The notes: a model not told the origin generated them from the letters alone. Shown: positions 1 to 10,785, numbered from the stretch's first letter. The stretch: DNA of 41,171 nt from Bacilli bacterium (GCA_028684435.1 JAQUFX010000002.1:1-41171); one strand, 5' to 3'. Program-made: numbers and translations.

Positions 1-110
1 TAGAAGTTATGATTAATGATATAGTATATGGTAAAGGTGTAGGCAAAAGCAAAAAAGAAGCTGAACAAAATGCAGCTCATGATGCAATAAAGAAAAAAGC
101 CGGTGAATGA
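1..110 (+). CDS. rnc: Ribonuclease III, C-terminal fragment (5' end outside window)
   Basis: The frame starting at nt 3 reads ...VYGKGVGKSKKEAEQNAAHDAIKKKAGE*. This matches the dsRNA-binding-domain end of RNase III (GxGxSKKEAEQxAA). The TGA at 108-110 overlaps the smc ATG at 107 (ATGA). rnc-smc is the classic Firmicute gene order. Confidence 0.8.
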   Translation, partial: EVMINDIVYGKGVGKSKKEAEQNAAHDAIKKKAGE

Positions 111-3049
111 AATTGAAACTACTTAGAATAAACATCCACGGATTCAAAAGTTTTGCTGATAAAGTAACGATTGATATAAAAGATGGTATAACTGGTATAG
201 TTGGACCTAATGGAAGTGGAAAAAGTAATATTGTTGATGCTATAAAATGGGTTTTAGGAGAACAATCGGTTAAAGATTTACGTGGGGATAAAACTATGAT
301 TGACGTTATTTTTAATGGTTCTAAATCGCGAAAACCTCTTACTAGAGCATGGGTATCATTAACTTTTGATAATAGTGATTATTATTTAAATACTGATTTA
401 TCCGAAGTTGAAATAAAAAGAGTATTATATTCTAGTGGTGATAATGAATATTATCTAAATAATGAAATAGTAAGATTAAAAGATATTACTAATTTATTTA
501 TTGATTCAGGAACAAGTGTTAATTCTTTATCAATTATTTCTCAAGGCAAAATAGGCGATATAATAAATAGTAAGCCAACTGAAAAAAGATTTATTTTAGA
601 AGAAGCAGCTGGGGTATTAAAATATAAAAAAAGAAAAGAAGAAACTTTAAGAAAATTAGATAAAACTAATGATAATTTAGTTAAAATAAATTTAATTATT
701 GATGAATTATCAGTGAATTTAGAACCGCTTAAATTACAAGCTATGGCGGCTACTAAATATTTATCTTATAAAGATTTACTTGAGGATACTGAAAAAGCTT
801 TACTAGCTTATGATATTAAAAATATTAGTGAAAGTTATGAAGATTATAAAGCTAAAGCGAAATTTTTAAATAATGAAATATTAACGATGGATAATAATAA
901 TACGATTGATTCAGCAAAAATAGAAAAACTTAAGTTAAAGTTATTAAAACTTGATGAAGAATTAAATATTAAGCAAGGAACTTTACTTGAATTATCTAAT
1001 AGATTGAGTATCATATCTTCGGAAAAACAAGTGATGATTGAAAGAAAAAAATACCAGGTTGATGATTTAAAATTAGAATCAAATTTAGTTAATTTAAAAG
1101 AAAAAGAACTTGAATATAAAAATAATATTAAATTAAATAAAGAAGAAATTAATGCAATTGAAAAAGAACTAAAAGTTAAAACGGAGGTTAATAATAATTT
1201 AATTCAAGATTTAAAATCTTTTAATATAAAAAGAAATATTTTACTTAATGATTTATCTTTACTTAATAGAGAAGATTTATCTTTAAAGAATCAAATCGAT
1301 ATTTTAAAAGAAAATATTGAAAATGATAACAAACTTCCTTATGCGGTAAAAAATATTTTAAATAATGAAAGATTAAATGGGATTCATAATTGTCTAGGTA
1401 AATTAATTGAAACTGAAGAAAAATATAGTATTGCGATTGATATTACTTTAGGATATTTATCAAATGTTATAGTTGTCGATAATGAAATAAACGCTAAGGA
1501 AGCGATTAATTATTTAAAAAGTAAATCTTTAGGAAGAGCAACCTTTTTTCCTATTAATGCTATTAAACCTCGGGGCGTAGATGCTTCAACTATAAGTAAA
1601 ATAATAAATGATTCATCTTTTATTGGCAAAGCTTCTGATTTAGTTAAATATAATTCTCTTTATCGAAATATTATTTTAAATCAATTAGGTAATGTAATTA
1701 TAATTGATAATTTAACTAATGCTAATCGGATTGGTAAATTAATTAATTATATGTATAAAATAGTTACTTTAGATGGTGATGTAATTGCAGCAGGCGGTAG
1801 TATAACCGGAGGGTCTACTAATAAAATTATAGGATTAGCATCGCAAAAATATGAACTTGAAAAACTATTATTATTATCTAAAGAAAAAATAAATAATATT
1901 AAAATAAAAGAAGAAGAAGTAAATGAAAATAATAATAATATAAAGATACTAGAAAATAAATTATTTGATAGTACTAATAATATTAATTATTTAAAAGAAA
2001 ATATCTTAAGAAAGGATAATAATTTAACTTCTTTAGAAAATGAATTAAATAATATTGTTAATGAACAAAAAGGAACATCAGGTATTTTAAATAATCGAAT
2101 TGATAATGAAATTGAAACCATTCTTAAAGAATATTATAATATCAAAGCCAAGAAAGAAAATTTAGAATTAACCATTAATCAATTAAAGTTAACTAAAAAT
2201 GATCTGCAAAGTGAAATAAATGAACTAGAAAATAATAATAAAAAAATTAATAGTAATTATAATAAAAAACTAAATGAGCTTAAAGAAGCAGAAATTACTT
2301 TAGGAAGATTAGATACTAAATTAGATAACTTATTATTAAGACTTAATGAAGAATATGGCATAACATATGAAAAAGCTATTAAAGAATATCCTTTATTAGA
2401 AGATGAAAAAGGATCTCGAAGTAAAGTAAATGCTTTAAAACATGATATTAAATTATTAGGAGATGTTAATACTGGTTCAATATCTGAATATGAAAGAATT
2501 AATACTAGATATACTTTTTTAACCAATCAAAAAGAAGATTTGTCCATCTCTATAAATGATATACTTACGGTTATTAATGAGTTAGATGAAACTATGAAAG
2601 AAAAATTAATTATTACTTTTGATGAATTAAATAAAGAATTTAGTAAAGTGTTTAGTTTATTATTTAAAGGGGGAATAGGTAAATTAGTTTTAACTGATTC
2701 TAAAGATATATTAAATACTGGTTTAGAAATCCATGCAGAACCTCCAGGAAAAGATATTAAGAGTACTAGGCATTTATCAGGAGGAGAATCAACTTTAACT
2801 GCTATTGCGCTTTTATTTGCTATTCTTAATATTAGAACAGTACCATTTTGTGTTTTAGATGAAGTAGAAGCATCTTTAGATGAAGCAAATGTTGATATTT
2901 TTGGTAACTATTTAATGAAATTAAATTCGAATACTCAATTTATAATTATCACTCATAAAAAAAGAACGATGGAATATATTAATAATTTATATGGGATAAC
3001 GATGCAAGAATCAGGAATATCTAAACTAGTTAGTGTTAAATTAGATTAA
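107..3049 (+). CDS. smc: Chromosome partition protein SMC
   Basis: 980 aa. It has an N-terminal Walker A (GPNGSGKSN), long K/E/N/L coiled-coil arms and a central hinge. The C-terminus carries the LSGGE signature and a Walker B (FCVLDEVEASLD). It lies directly downstream of rnc. It is shorter than the ~1186-aa Bacillus SMC. Confidence 0.95.
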   Translation: MKLKLLRINIHGFKSFADKVTIDIKDGITGIVGPNGSGKSNIVDAIKWVLGEQSVKDLRGDKTMIDVIFNGSKSRKPLTRAWVSLTFDNSDYYLNTDLSEVEIKRVLYSSGDNEYYLNNEIVRLKDITNLFIDSGTSVNSLSIISQGKIGDIINSKPTEKRFILEEAAGVLKYKKRKEETLRKLDKTNDNLVKINLIIDELSVNLEPLKLQAMAATKYLSYKDLLEDTEKALLAYDIKNISESYEDYKAKAKFLNNEILTMDNNNTIDSAKIEKLKLKLLKLDEELNIKQGTLLELSNRLSIISSEKQVMIERKKYQVDDLKLESNLVNLKEKELEYKNNIKLNKEEINAIEKELKVKTEVNNNLIQDLKSFNIKRNILLNDLSLLNREDLSLKNQIDILKENIENDNKLPYAVKNILNNERLNGIHNCLGKLIETEEKYSIAIDITLGYLSNVIVVDNEINAKEAINYLKSKSLGRATFFPINAIKPRGVDASTISKIINDSSFIGKASDLVKYNSLYRNIILNQLGNVIIIDNLTNANRIGKLINYMYKIVTLDGDVIAAGGSITGGSTNKIIGLASQKYELEKLLLLSKEKINNIKIKEEEVNENNNNIKILENKLFDSTNNINYLKENILRKDNNLTSLENELNNIVNEQKGTSGILNNRIDNEIETILKEYYNIKAKKENLELTINQLKLTKNDLQSEINELENNNKKINSNYNKKLNELKEAEITLGRLDTKLDNLLLRLNEEYGITYEKAIKEYPLLEDEKGSRSKVNALKHDIKLLGDVNTGSISEYERINTRYTFLTNQKEDLSISINDILTVINELDETMKEKLIITFDELNKEFSKVFSLLFKGGIGKLVLTDSKDILNTGLEIHAEPPGKDIKSTRHLSGGESTLTAIALLFAILNIRTVPFCVLDEVEASLDEANVDIFGNYLMKLNSNTQFIIITHKKRTMEYINNLYGITMQESGISKLVSVKLD

Positions 3050-3057
3050 ATAAAATT

Positions 3058-3080
3058 GGTTGAAAGAAACAACCTTTTTT
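3058..3080 (+). terminator. Weak intrinsic terminator after smc
   Basis: ggttg (3058-3062), a 7-nt loop, then caacc (3070-3074), followed by TTTTTT (3075-3080). The stem is only 5 bp. A TTGACA hexamer follows at 3083-3088. Confidence 0.4.
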
Positions 3081-3131
3081 ATTTGACATAATATTTAATA
3101 ATAAAATTATATATTAATAATAGGTGGAATT

Positions 3132-4049
3132 ATGAAAAAAAGATTTATAGCTAGGAAGAAACCTAATTTTAAAATATTAAAAATAATAATATGTCTTTTT
3201 ATTATTTATCTAACTTGTTTTTTAACGGTTAAATTTTTATTTAAAAGTCAAATTAAAATAAGTGATGAAAAAAGAGTTAATGAATATTTAGCTATTGCGT
3301 CTAATAATTTAATTGGAGAAATTTCAATAATTGATTTACTAAATATGAATTTAATAAGTCCTGATACATTTTTAAAATTATCTTTTAGTAGCTTTAAAAA
3401 GTTAAAATATAAAGACCAAAATAAAGCTATAAAAGCAAGTAAAGAAATAAAAGATCCCATTATTTATATTTATAATACACATCAAAGTGAAAATTATGAT
3501 CCAGGCACATTAAGTATCTATAATATTACTCCTACCGTATATATGGCTTCTATTATGTTGCAAAAAGCATTAGAAAAAAAAGATATTTATTCGGTAGTGG
3601 AAGAAGCTGATATAAAATCAATCTTAAATATCAATAATTTGACCTACAGTGATTCTTATCAAGCATCAAGGTTATTATTAAATGAAGCAATAAAAAAATA
3701 TCCTTCGGTAAAATATTTTATTGATATTCATCGCGATAGTGTAACTGATAGATATGTCGAAGATGATAAATCTTATGCTAAATTAATGTTTGTTATTGGA
3801 ATGAATCATGAAAATTATTTGCAAAATGAAAAATTAATGATTAGACTATATGATTATATAAAAGAAAATAAATCTGGGATTATTAAAAATAATTATTATG
3901 GGAAAAATAGTATTTATAATCAAAACTTTAATGTTAATACCATTTTAATTGAAGTTGGAGGAGTAAAAAATACCATTGACGAGGTATATAATAGTGTTAG
4001 TATTTTAGCAGATGCTATCGAATTCATAGTAGGTGATGACAATGGATAA
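3132..4049 (+). CDS. spoIIP: Stage II sporulation protein P (SpoIIP-type amidase)
   Basis: N-terminal TM segment plus SpoIIP family motifs: IYIYNTHQSENY, FIDIHRDS and ILIEVGGVKNT. RBS AGGTGG lies 6 nt upstream. Confidence 0.85.
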   Translation: MKKRFIARKKPNFKILKIIICLFIIYLTCFLTVKFLFKSQIKISDEKRVNEYLAIASNNLIGEISIIDLLNMNLISPDTFLKLSFSSFKKLKYKDQNKAIKASKEIKDPIIYIYNTHQSENYDPGTLSIYNITPTVYMASIMLQKALEKKDIYSVVEEADIKSILNINNLTYSDSYQASRLLLNEAIKKYPSVKYFIDIHRDSVTDRYVEDDKSYAKLMFVIGMNHENYLQNEKLMIRLYDYIKENKSGIIKNNYYGKNSIYNQNFNVNTILIEVGGVKNTIDEVYNSVSILADAIEFIVGDDNG

Positions 4050-4374
4050 AAAATCAACAAACAAATTTAAAATAATATTTTATATTTTATTATTAAGTTT
4101 TTGTTTTGTTTATTTTTCAGGAAAAACAGGTTATTATGAAACTAATTTACAAAAAAACACTTTACTTACCAGTGATGCCATTAAAGAATTTGAAAAAGAT
4201 GTTGCGGAAGGAAAAGCTGTTAATATTAAAGATTATATTAAAGCCGATGTAAATGATTATCATAACTCTTATTCAAATTTAGGTTTTTATATAAGTAAAT
4301 CAATTGATACTATATTAACAGATGGAGTTAGTAAGATAACAAGTATTCTTAAAACTTTATTTACGGGAGAATAA
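4042..4374 (+). CDS. Small membrane-anchored protein, in the same position as yqxA (DUF3679) downstream of spoIIP
   Basis: The track ORF is 4033-4374. I prefer the ATG at 4042 (MDKKS...) with AGGTGA 7 nt upstream. It has one N-terminal TM helix. B. subtilis has the order spoIIP-yqxA. The family assignment rests on position and size only. Confidence 0.5.
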   Translation: MDKKSTNKFKIIFYILLLSFCFVYFSGKTGYYETNLQKNTLLTSDAIKEFEKDVAEGKAVNIKDYIKADVNDYHNSYSNLGFYISKSIDTILTDGVSKITSILKTLFTGE

Positions 4375-4375
4375 T

Positions 4376-5365
4376 ATGGGGAAATTAAAAATTATTAAAA
4401 ATATAGATTTTAAAAATATGTTTAAAATAATTAAAAAAATAAGCAATAAAACGAATAAAAATTATTTCTTTACTGTTTTAGATGTTATCTATTCAGCTAT
4501 TATATACGGAGCTGGGTATTACGATTATCAAGAATTTGAATTTTATAATTTAAATCATAAATTAAGAAAAACCTATTTAACAAGAGTTAAAAATAATAAA
4601 ATAATTAGAAAATATAATGATAAAAATTTTTTTTATAAATTAGATAATAAATTAGAATTTAATAAATTATTTAAAGAGTATATTAAAAGAGATTATTTAT
4701 TTATAAATAATGATAATTATAAAGTATTTCAGAAATTTGTTAATAAACATCAAGAGTTTATTGTAAAACCTCTTGATGGTGAAGGAGGATATGGTATTCA
4801 AAAAATGCATATTAATAATAAAACTAATCTTAAAAAATTATTTCATGATTTACTTAGTAATAATCAAGTATTAATTGAAGAATATATTAATCAACATAAA
4901 AAAATAACGGAATTATATAATAATTCCGTTAATACCTTAAGATTATTTACTTTTTATGATGGTACTAAAACCTATGTACTTAATTCGGTATTTAAATTAG
5001 GTAATGGAGGAGTAATTGATAATTTTTGTAGTGGAGGTATGTATACTTTTGTAGATGACAATGGTAAAATAATTGTTCCTGCTATTGATCAAAATGATAA
5101 TATATATTATATTCATCCCATAACTAAAAAAGATATTTTAGGGTTTGTTATTCCTATGTATCAAGAAGCCTGTAATTTAGTTAAAGAAGCTGCTATTTTA
5201 ATTCCTGAAATAAAATATATTGGTTGGGATGTTGCTATAACTAATAAAGGGCCTTTAATTATAGAAGGTAATTCTTTTCCTGGTGTTTTTCAAATTAAAC
5301 CTAGTCTAAATAATAAAAAAGAAGGATTAATACCTAAATATCAAAAAGTAATGAAAATTAAATAG
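4376..5365 (+). CDS. ATP-grasp domain protein (sugar-transfer-associated / TupA-like ATP-grasp type)
   Basis: 329 aa. It shows the KPLDGEGGYGI nucleotide-binding stretch, the LIEEYINQH hinge, and WDVAIT...IIEGNSFPG at the C-terminus, all typical of ATP-grasp folds. The N-terminal ~100 aa resemble the capsule-locus ATP-grasp families. Confidence 0.6.
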   Translation: MGKLKIIKNIDFKNMFKIIKKISNKTNKNYFFTVLDVIYSAIIYGAGYYDYQEFEFYNLNHKLRKTYLTRVKNNKIIRKYNDKNFFYKLDNKLEFNKLFKEYIKRDYLFINNDNYKVFQKFVNKHQEFIVKPLDGEGGYGIQKMHINNKTNLKKLFHDLLSNNQVLIEEYINQHKKITELYNNSVNTLRLFTFYDGTKTYVLNSVFKLGNGGVIDNFCSGGMYTFVDDNGKIIVPAIDQNDNIYYIHPITKKDILGFVIPMYQEACNLVKEAAILIPEIKYIGWDVAITNKGPLIIEGNSFPGVFQIKPSLNNKKEGLIPKYQKVMKIK

Positions 5366-5421
5366 TTTTACTTGAATAAGAAGTAAATATTTAGTATAAT
5401 TATCTTGCTTCTTACAAATAT

Positions 5422-5498
5422 GTCCTCGTAGCTCAGCAGGATAGAGCATACGCCTTCTAAGCGTACGGTCGAGCGTTCGAATCGCCCCGAGGACACCA
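5422..5498 (+). tRNA. tRNA-Arg (anticodon TCT)
   Basis: 77-nt cloverleaf. Acceptor stem gtcctcg/cgaggac, D-arm gctc..gagc, anticodon stem tacgc/gcgta with loop cTTCTaa, and T-loop ttcgaat. The CCA is encoded. There is one A-C mismatch in the T-stem. Confidence 0.93.
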
Positions 5499-5510
5499 CT
5501 TTAAAATTTA

Positions 5511-5535
5511 AGCTACTATAAAAGTAGTTTTTTTA
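5511..5535 (+). terminator. Intrinsic terminator after tRNA-Arg
   Basis: agctact / agtagtt form a 7-bp stem (one G-U pair) with a 5-nt loop, followed by a T-run (5528-5535). Confidence 0.5.
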
Positions 5536-5623
5536 TTAAATAGATAAAATAGAATTTATAGATACTTATTTGAATAATATAAATTGTATTGATAATAAAG
5601 AAAAATAAGGGAATAGATGTTAA

Positions 5624-7372
5624 ATGAAATTAAATATTAAAGATATAAAAACAAAAGTAATAAAAAGTGTTAATAAAGTCCATTATGAATTTAATGATGA
5701 AGCTCCTTGGTTAAAATATTATGAAGATTTAAATTATCCTAAAAATATTAATTATCCAGAATGTACTATATATGAATTATTAAAAGAATCAGTTATTAAA
5801 TATCCGAATTATAATGCTTATGAATATTTTGGTGTTAAAGTAACCTATCAAAAATTTGATGAAAAAATAAAAAGATGTGCGATGAGTCTTCAACATATTG
5901 GTGTATCATTTAATGATACAGTTACTATATTAATGCCTAATACTCCAGAAGCTATAATAATGTTTTATGCTTGTAATATGATTGGTGCTGTAGCTAATAT
6001 GGTTCATCCTTTATCAAGTGAAGGAGAAATAGAATTTTGTCTTAATAAAGCTCAAAGTAATTATATTTTAACATTAGATGCTCTTTATGATAAATTACAT
6101 TCGATAAAAAATAAAGTAAAATTAAAAAAAATAATTTTATCTCGGGTAAATGAAAGTATGCCTTTAGTTACTTCATCATTATTTTGGTTAACAAAGGGCC
6201 GAAAAATTAAAAAAGAAAATAGTTATACAAATAATGTTATTAAATGGAAAGATTTTATTTATGAAGGTCGAAATGAAGATTTAATAATTAGTCATAAAGA
6301 TACTAAAGAACTAGCTGTAATATTATATAGTGGTGGTACTACTGGAACTCCAAAAGGTATAATGCATAGTAGTTATAATTTTAATATCTCAGCTTTGCAA
6401 AATAGAACTGTATGTCCTGGTATTGAACCTGGTAATTGCATTTTATCAATCATGCCAATTTTTCATGGTTTTGGTTTAGCAGTATGTTTTCATACGGTAT
6501 TAGTAGCGGGAATGAAAGCAATTATTATCCCTAAATTTACCCCTGACGAGTTTGGTAAATTAATTAAAACTTATAAACCTAACTTTATATTAGGAGTGCC
6601 TACCTTATTTGAAGCTTTATTGCAAACAAAATTAAAACCAAATGGATTATCATTTGTTAAAACCGTTGTAGCTGGTGGTGATACCTTAACATCAGAATTA
6701 CAATCAAGAGTAAATACCTATTTTAAAAATCATGGTTGTGATAATGAAATTAGAGTAGGCTGGGGAATGACAGAATGTGTATCTTCAGCTATTGTAACTC
6801 CAGTAGGTAATTTTCTTCCTGGTAGTATAGGGATTCCTAATCCTGATAATTTTATTAAAATAGTTAAACCTGGGACAGAAGCAAATGCTTATTATGATGA
6901 AGATGGAGAAATATGTGTTTCAGGGCCAACGGTTATGATGGGCTATTTAGATGATCCAGAAGAAACTGCTATAACACTTCGCTATCATGAAGATGGAAAA
7001 CTATGGCTTCATACTGGAGATATGGGTTCAATGAATAAAGATGGTATGATATTTTTTAAATCTCGAATTAAAAGAATGATTATATCTTCTGGTTATAATG
7101 TTTATCCAAATCATGTTGAAAATGTTATAAACTCTCATCCTAAAGTATTAACTTCAATTGTAGTTGGAGGACCTCATCTCTATAAAGGTGAAATAGTAAA
7201 AGCTTATGTGGTTTTAAAACCAGACTATAAACAAAATGATAAAATTGATAATGAAATAAAAGAGCATTGTAAAAAGAATTTAGCTAAGTATATGTTGCCA
7301 GCAACAATTGATTATCGTGAAACATTACCAACAACTAAATTAGGAAAATCAGATTATCGTAATGTTAAATAA
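5624..7372 (+). CDS. AMP-dependent synthetase/ligase (acyl-CoA synthetase family)
   Basis: 582 aa. It has the AMP-binding signature YSGGTTGTPKG, then GWGMTE, HTGDMG and the C-terminal K in LPTTKLGK. These are adenylate-forming enzyme motifs. Confidence 0.88.
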   Translation: MKLNIKDIKTKVIKSVNKVHYEFNDEAPWLKYYEDLNYPKNINYPECTIYELLKESVIKYPNYNAYEYFGVKVTYQKFDEKIKRCAMSLQHIGVSFNDTVTILMPNTPEAIIMFYACNMIGAVANMVHPLSSEGEIEFCLNKAQSNYILTLDALYDKLHSIKNKVKLKKIILSRVNESMPLVTSSLFWLTKGRKIKKENSYTNNVIKWKDFIYEGRNEDLIISHKDTKELAVILYSGGTTGTPKGIMHSSYNFNISALQNRTVCPGIEPGNCILSIMPIFHGFGLAVCFHTVLVAGMKAIIIPKFTPDEFGKLIKTYKPNFILGVPTLFEALLQTKLKPNGLSFVKTVVAGGDTLTSELQSRVNTYFKNHGCDNEIRVGWGMTECVSSAIVTPVGNFLPGSIGIPNPDNFIKIVKPGTEANAYYDEDGEICVSGPTVMMGYLDDPEETAITLRYHEDGKLWLHTGDMGSMNKDGMIFFKSRIKRMIISSGYNVYPNHVENVINSHPKVLTSIVVGGPHLYKGEIVKAYVVLKPDYKQNDKIDNEIKEHCKKNLAKYMLPATIDYRETLPTTKLGKSDYRNVK

Positions 7373-7373
7373 T

Positions 7374-7400
7374 AAAAAAACAAATTTAATTTGTTTTTTT
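7374..7400. terminator. Bidirectional intrinsic terminator between convergent genes
   Basis: aaaaaaacaaa / tttgttttttt form an 11-bp stem around a 5-nt loop. An A-run and a T-run flank it on opposite sides. It overlaps the stop codon of the minus-strand sugar transferase. Confidence 0.6.
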
Positions 7401-7955
7401 TAGATATTTAATTAAATATTTAATAAGCCATATAGGAGTTTTTATAATTATTTTTAAATCATACCAAAAAGAAATATTATCATAATATAGTTCATCATAT
7501 TTTAGTTTATCTTTATGACTTATAGTTTGAGCTCCCGTAGCTTGAGCAAGGCCAGTTACTCCTGGTTTCATTAAATATCTTTTATTACTTATTTCTCCTG
7601 GTGGTAGTATTTCATTAATTATAAAAGGTCTTGGTCCAACAAATGACATATCTCCTTTTAAGATATTAAATAATTGTGGTAATTCATTAATTCTAGTTAT
7701 ATCTATTATTTTAGATGTTTTCGAATATCTAATACAATCTGGCATACCTCTTGTGTTTAATGTTTTAGTTCTGAATTTATACATTTGAAAAGGCTTTCTA
7801 TATCTTCCTTCTCTGGGAGTTACTTCATAAAATATAGGTTTTCCTAAATTGAAATAAATAATTATACCTGTAATTATCATAATAGGAAAGGTAATTATTA
7901 TTAAAATAATTGATAAAATAATATCAAATATTCTTTTTAAAAATTTTATATACAT
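7386..7955 (-). CDS. Polyprenyl-phosphate sugar transferase (bacterial sugar transferase, small WbaP/EpsL-like form)
   Basis: 189 aa. N-terminal KRIFDIILS plus a TM helix, then MYKFRT, ELPQLFNILKGDMSFVGPRP and GVTGLAQ. These are hallmark PF02397-type motifs. Confidence 0.85.
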   Translation of the reverse strand: MYIKFLKRIFDIILSIILIIITFPIMIITGIIIYFNLGKPIFYEVTPREGRYRKPFQMYKFRTKTLNTRGMPDCIRYSKTSKIIDITRINELPQLFNILKGDMSFVGPRPFIINEILPPGEISNKRYLMKPGVTGLAQATGAQTISHKDKLKYDELYYDNISFWYDLKIIIKTPIWLIKYLIKYLKKTN

Positions 7956-8060
7956 ATTAAACCTCCTATATACAAAATAATCCTAACATAATGTTTTTAA
8001 AATAACAATCTTTACTATTAATCTATTATTTGTTAATATATTAAATATAGGAGTGGAATT

Positions 8061-8249
8061 ATGTTAAAAGATTTAGTAAATAAAGAAGTAAATGTTAGTT
8101 ATGAAGTAGGATATAATTATAAGTGTATAAAAGGTGTTGTTACTAAAGTTACTACTGATTATTTAACTATTGATAATAAAATATTAATTTCAACTAAAAA
8201 AATAATTAAAGTTGTGGTAAAGACAAAAAATAATATAATAAAGAAATAA
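8061..8249 (+). CDS. Hypothetical small protein (62 aa)
   Basis: RBS AGGAGTGG lies upstream of the ATG. The predicted beta-rich pattern is reminiscent of small Sm-like/PRC-barrel proteins. I recognise no family. Confidence 0.4.
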   Translation: MLKDLVNKEVNVSYEVGYNYKCIKGVVTKVTTDYLTIDNKILISTKKIIKVVVKTKNNIIKK

Positions 8250-8254
8250 AAGGG

Positions 8255-9205
8255 ATGATAAAAGTGAAAGTATTAGTAATAGGAAAACCAACGTATAATT
8301 TTATATTACCTCTAGATAAATTTATATCTGAAGGTGCTAAAATTAATATTAGTGAAAGACAAGAAGTCGCAGGTGGAGCTTCAGTATATGCAGCATCATT
8401 ATTAGGTAAATGGAAAGTTGATGTATATTATACTGGATTAGTTAGTAATGATCCATTTGGTGCCAAAATAAAATCCCAATTAGATAATTTTAATGTTAAT
8501 ACTAAATTTATTGAAATTAATTATGAAAATCCTAATTGTACTAGTACTAATTATATTATTATTAATAAGAGTAATGGTAGTAGTACTGAAATATTAAGAA
8601 GTGATTCCGAGATTAATCTTACTAAATATAAGTATGATTTTATACCTGATTATATTATAATGGATGGTACTGATCCAGCCGGTTCTTTTGCAGCTTTAAA
8701 TAATTTTCCTCATGCTACTAGTATTTTATTTGCTAATAAAGTATCTGAAAAACTTTATGATATAAGTAAAAAATGTAATTATGTTGTTGCTAATACTAGT
8801 TATGCTAAAGCTTTAACTAAATTAGAACTAGAAATTAAAAGACCAAAAGCTTTGGTAAATTTTATGCAAAAAATAAAAGATCTAAATAAAGCTCAATATG
8901 TAATTATGATGAAAGAAAACGGAGTGCTTTATACTAGTAATAATCAAGTGAAAATGATTCCTGCTATTCAAATAGAAAAAAAAGAAGATGATACTCATTC
9001 AGGTTATATGTTTTTTGCAGCATTTACATATGGAATCATTAATAATTATGGAATGGATAATAGTGTCAAAATAGCTAATATTGCAGCAGGATTATCATTA
9101 ACTAAAGTGGGTAGTATAAATGCTATGCTCGAATTAGCAGATGTTTTAAAATTAGCAGGTTTGAAAGAAGTAACCGAACCTGTAAATACAGAAGTGTTAG
9201 AATAA
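8255..9205 (+). CDS. PfkB/ribokinase-family carbohydrate kinase homolog with a degenerate catalytic motif
   Basis: The fold-typical N-terminus has a GG dipeptide (VAGGAS). The C-terminal signature region reads DDTHSGYMFFAAF instead of DTxGAGDxF. GTG 8264 is an alternative start with better spacing from AAGGGA. Confidence 0.75.
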   Translation: MIKVKVLVIGKPTYNFILPLDKFISEGAKINISERQEVAGGASVYAASLLGKWKVDVYYTGLVSNDPFGAKIKSQLDNFNVNTKFIEINYENPNCTSTNYIIINKSNGSSTEILRSDSEINLTKYKYDFIPDYIIMDGTDPAGSFAALNNFPHATSILFANKVSEKLYDISKKCNYVVANTSYAKALTKLELEIKRPKALVNFMQKIKDLNKAQYVIMMKENGVLYTSNNQVKMIPAIQIEKKEDDTHSGYMFFAAFTYGIINNYGMDNSVKIANIAAGLSLTKVGSINAMLELADVLKLAGLKEVTEPVNTEVLE

Positions 9206-9459
9206 TGAATTCCTTTTTAAATATTCTTCCTAAAATAGATGTTCATGGATATACTTCTGATTTAGTAATATATCCGATAAGTGATTTTATTAATGATAAT
9301 ATTAAATTAAAAAATTTTAAAATAGTTATAGTTCATGGGATAGGAAAAAGTATTTTAAAAAATACAATAAGAACTAATTTTTCAAAAGATAAAAGAGTAA
9401 AAAAGTTATATGGTGATCCATTTAATTTAGGGATTACTATTATTGAATTAAATAAATAG
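9205..9459 (+). CDS. Smr domain protein (small MutS-related nuclease domain)
   Basis: 84 aa. IDVHGYT...IVIVHGIGKSILK...GITIIEL fits the Smr pattern (DLHG ... HGxG). Its start overlaps the PfkB stop (TAATG). Confidence 0.65.
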   Translation: MNSFLNILPKIDVHGYTSDLVIYPISDFINDNIKLKNFKIVIVHGIGKSILKNTIRTNFSKDKRVKKLYGDPFNLGITIIELNK

Positions 9460-9480
9460 TTGTTTAAGATAAAAAGCTAG

Positions 9481-10756
<1,276 letters not shown>

Positions 10757-10758
<2 letters not shown>

Positions 10759-10785
10759 TACTAAAAAAATAGTATCTTTTTATTT
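10757..10785 (+). terminator. Intrinsic terminator after obg
   Basis: gatacta / tagtatc form a 7-bp stem with an A6 loop, followed by TTTTTATTT. Confidence 0.6.

Noticed and set aside
107-3049. The SMC-family ATPase considered as a possible defense-system component (Lamassu/Wadjet-like).
   Set aside because: It follows rnc with an ATGA overlap, which is the conserved housekeeping rnc-smc arrangement. It has a full hinge and coiled-coil arms and no nuclease or kleisin-like partner genes. It is the chromosomal condensin.
4042-5365. The ATP-grasp enzyme as a graspetide/microviridin-type RiPP ligase, with the upstream small protein as its precursor.
   Set aside because: The upstream 110-aa protein has an N-terminal TM helix and no Thr/Ser-Asp/Glu-rich core repeats. 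The ATP-grasp N-terminal region looks like the capsule-associated type rather than MdnB/C-like.
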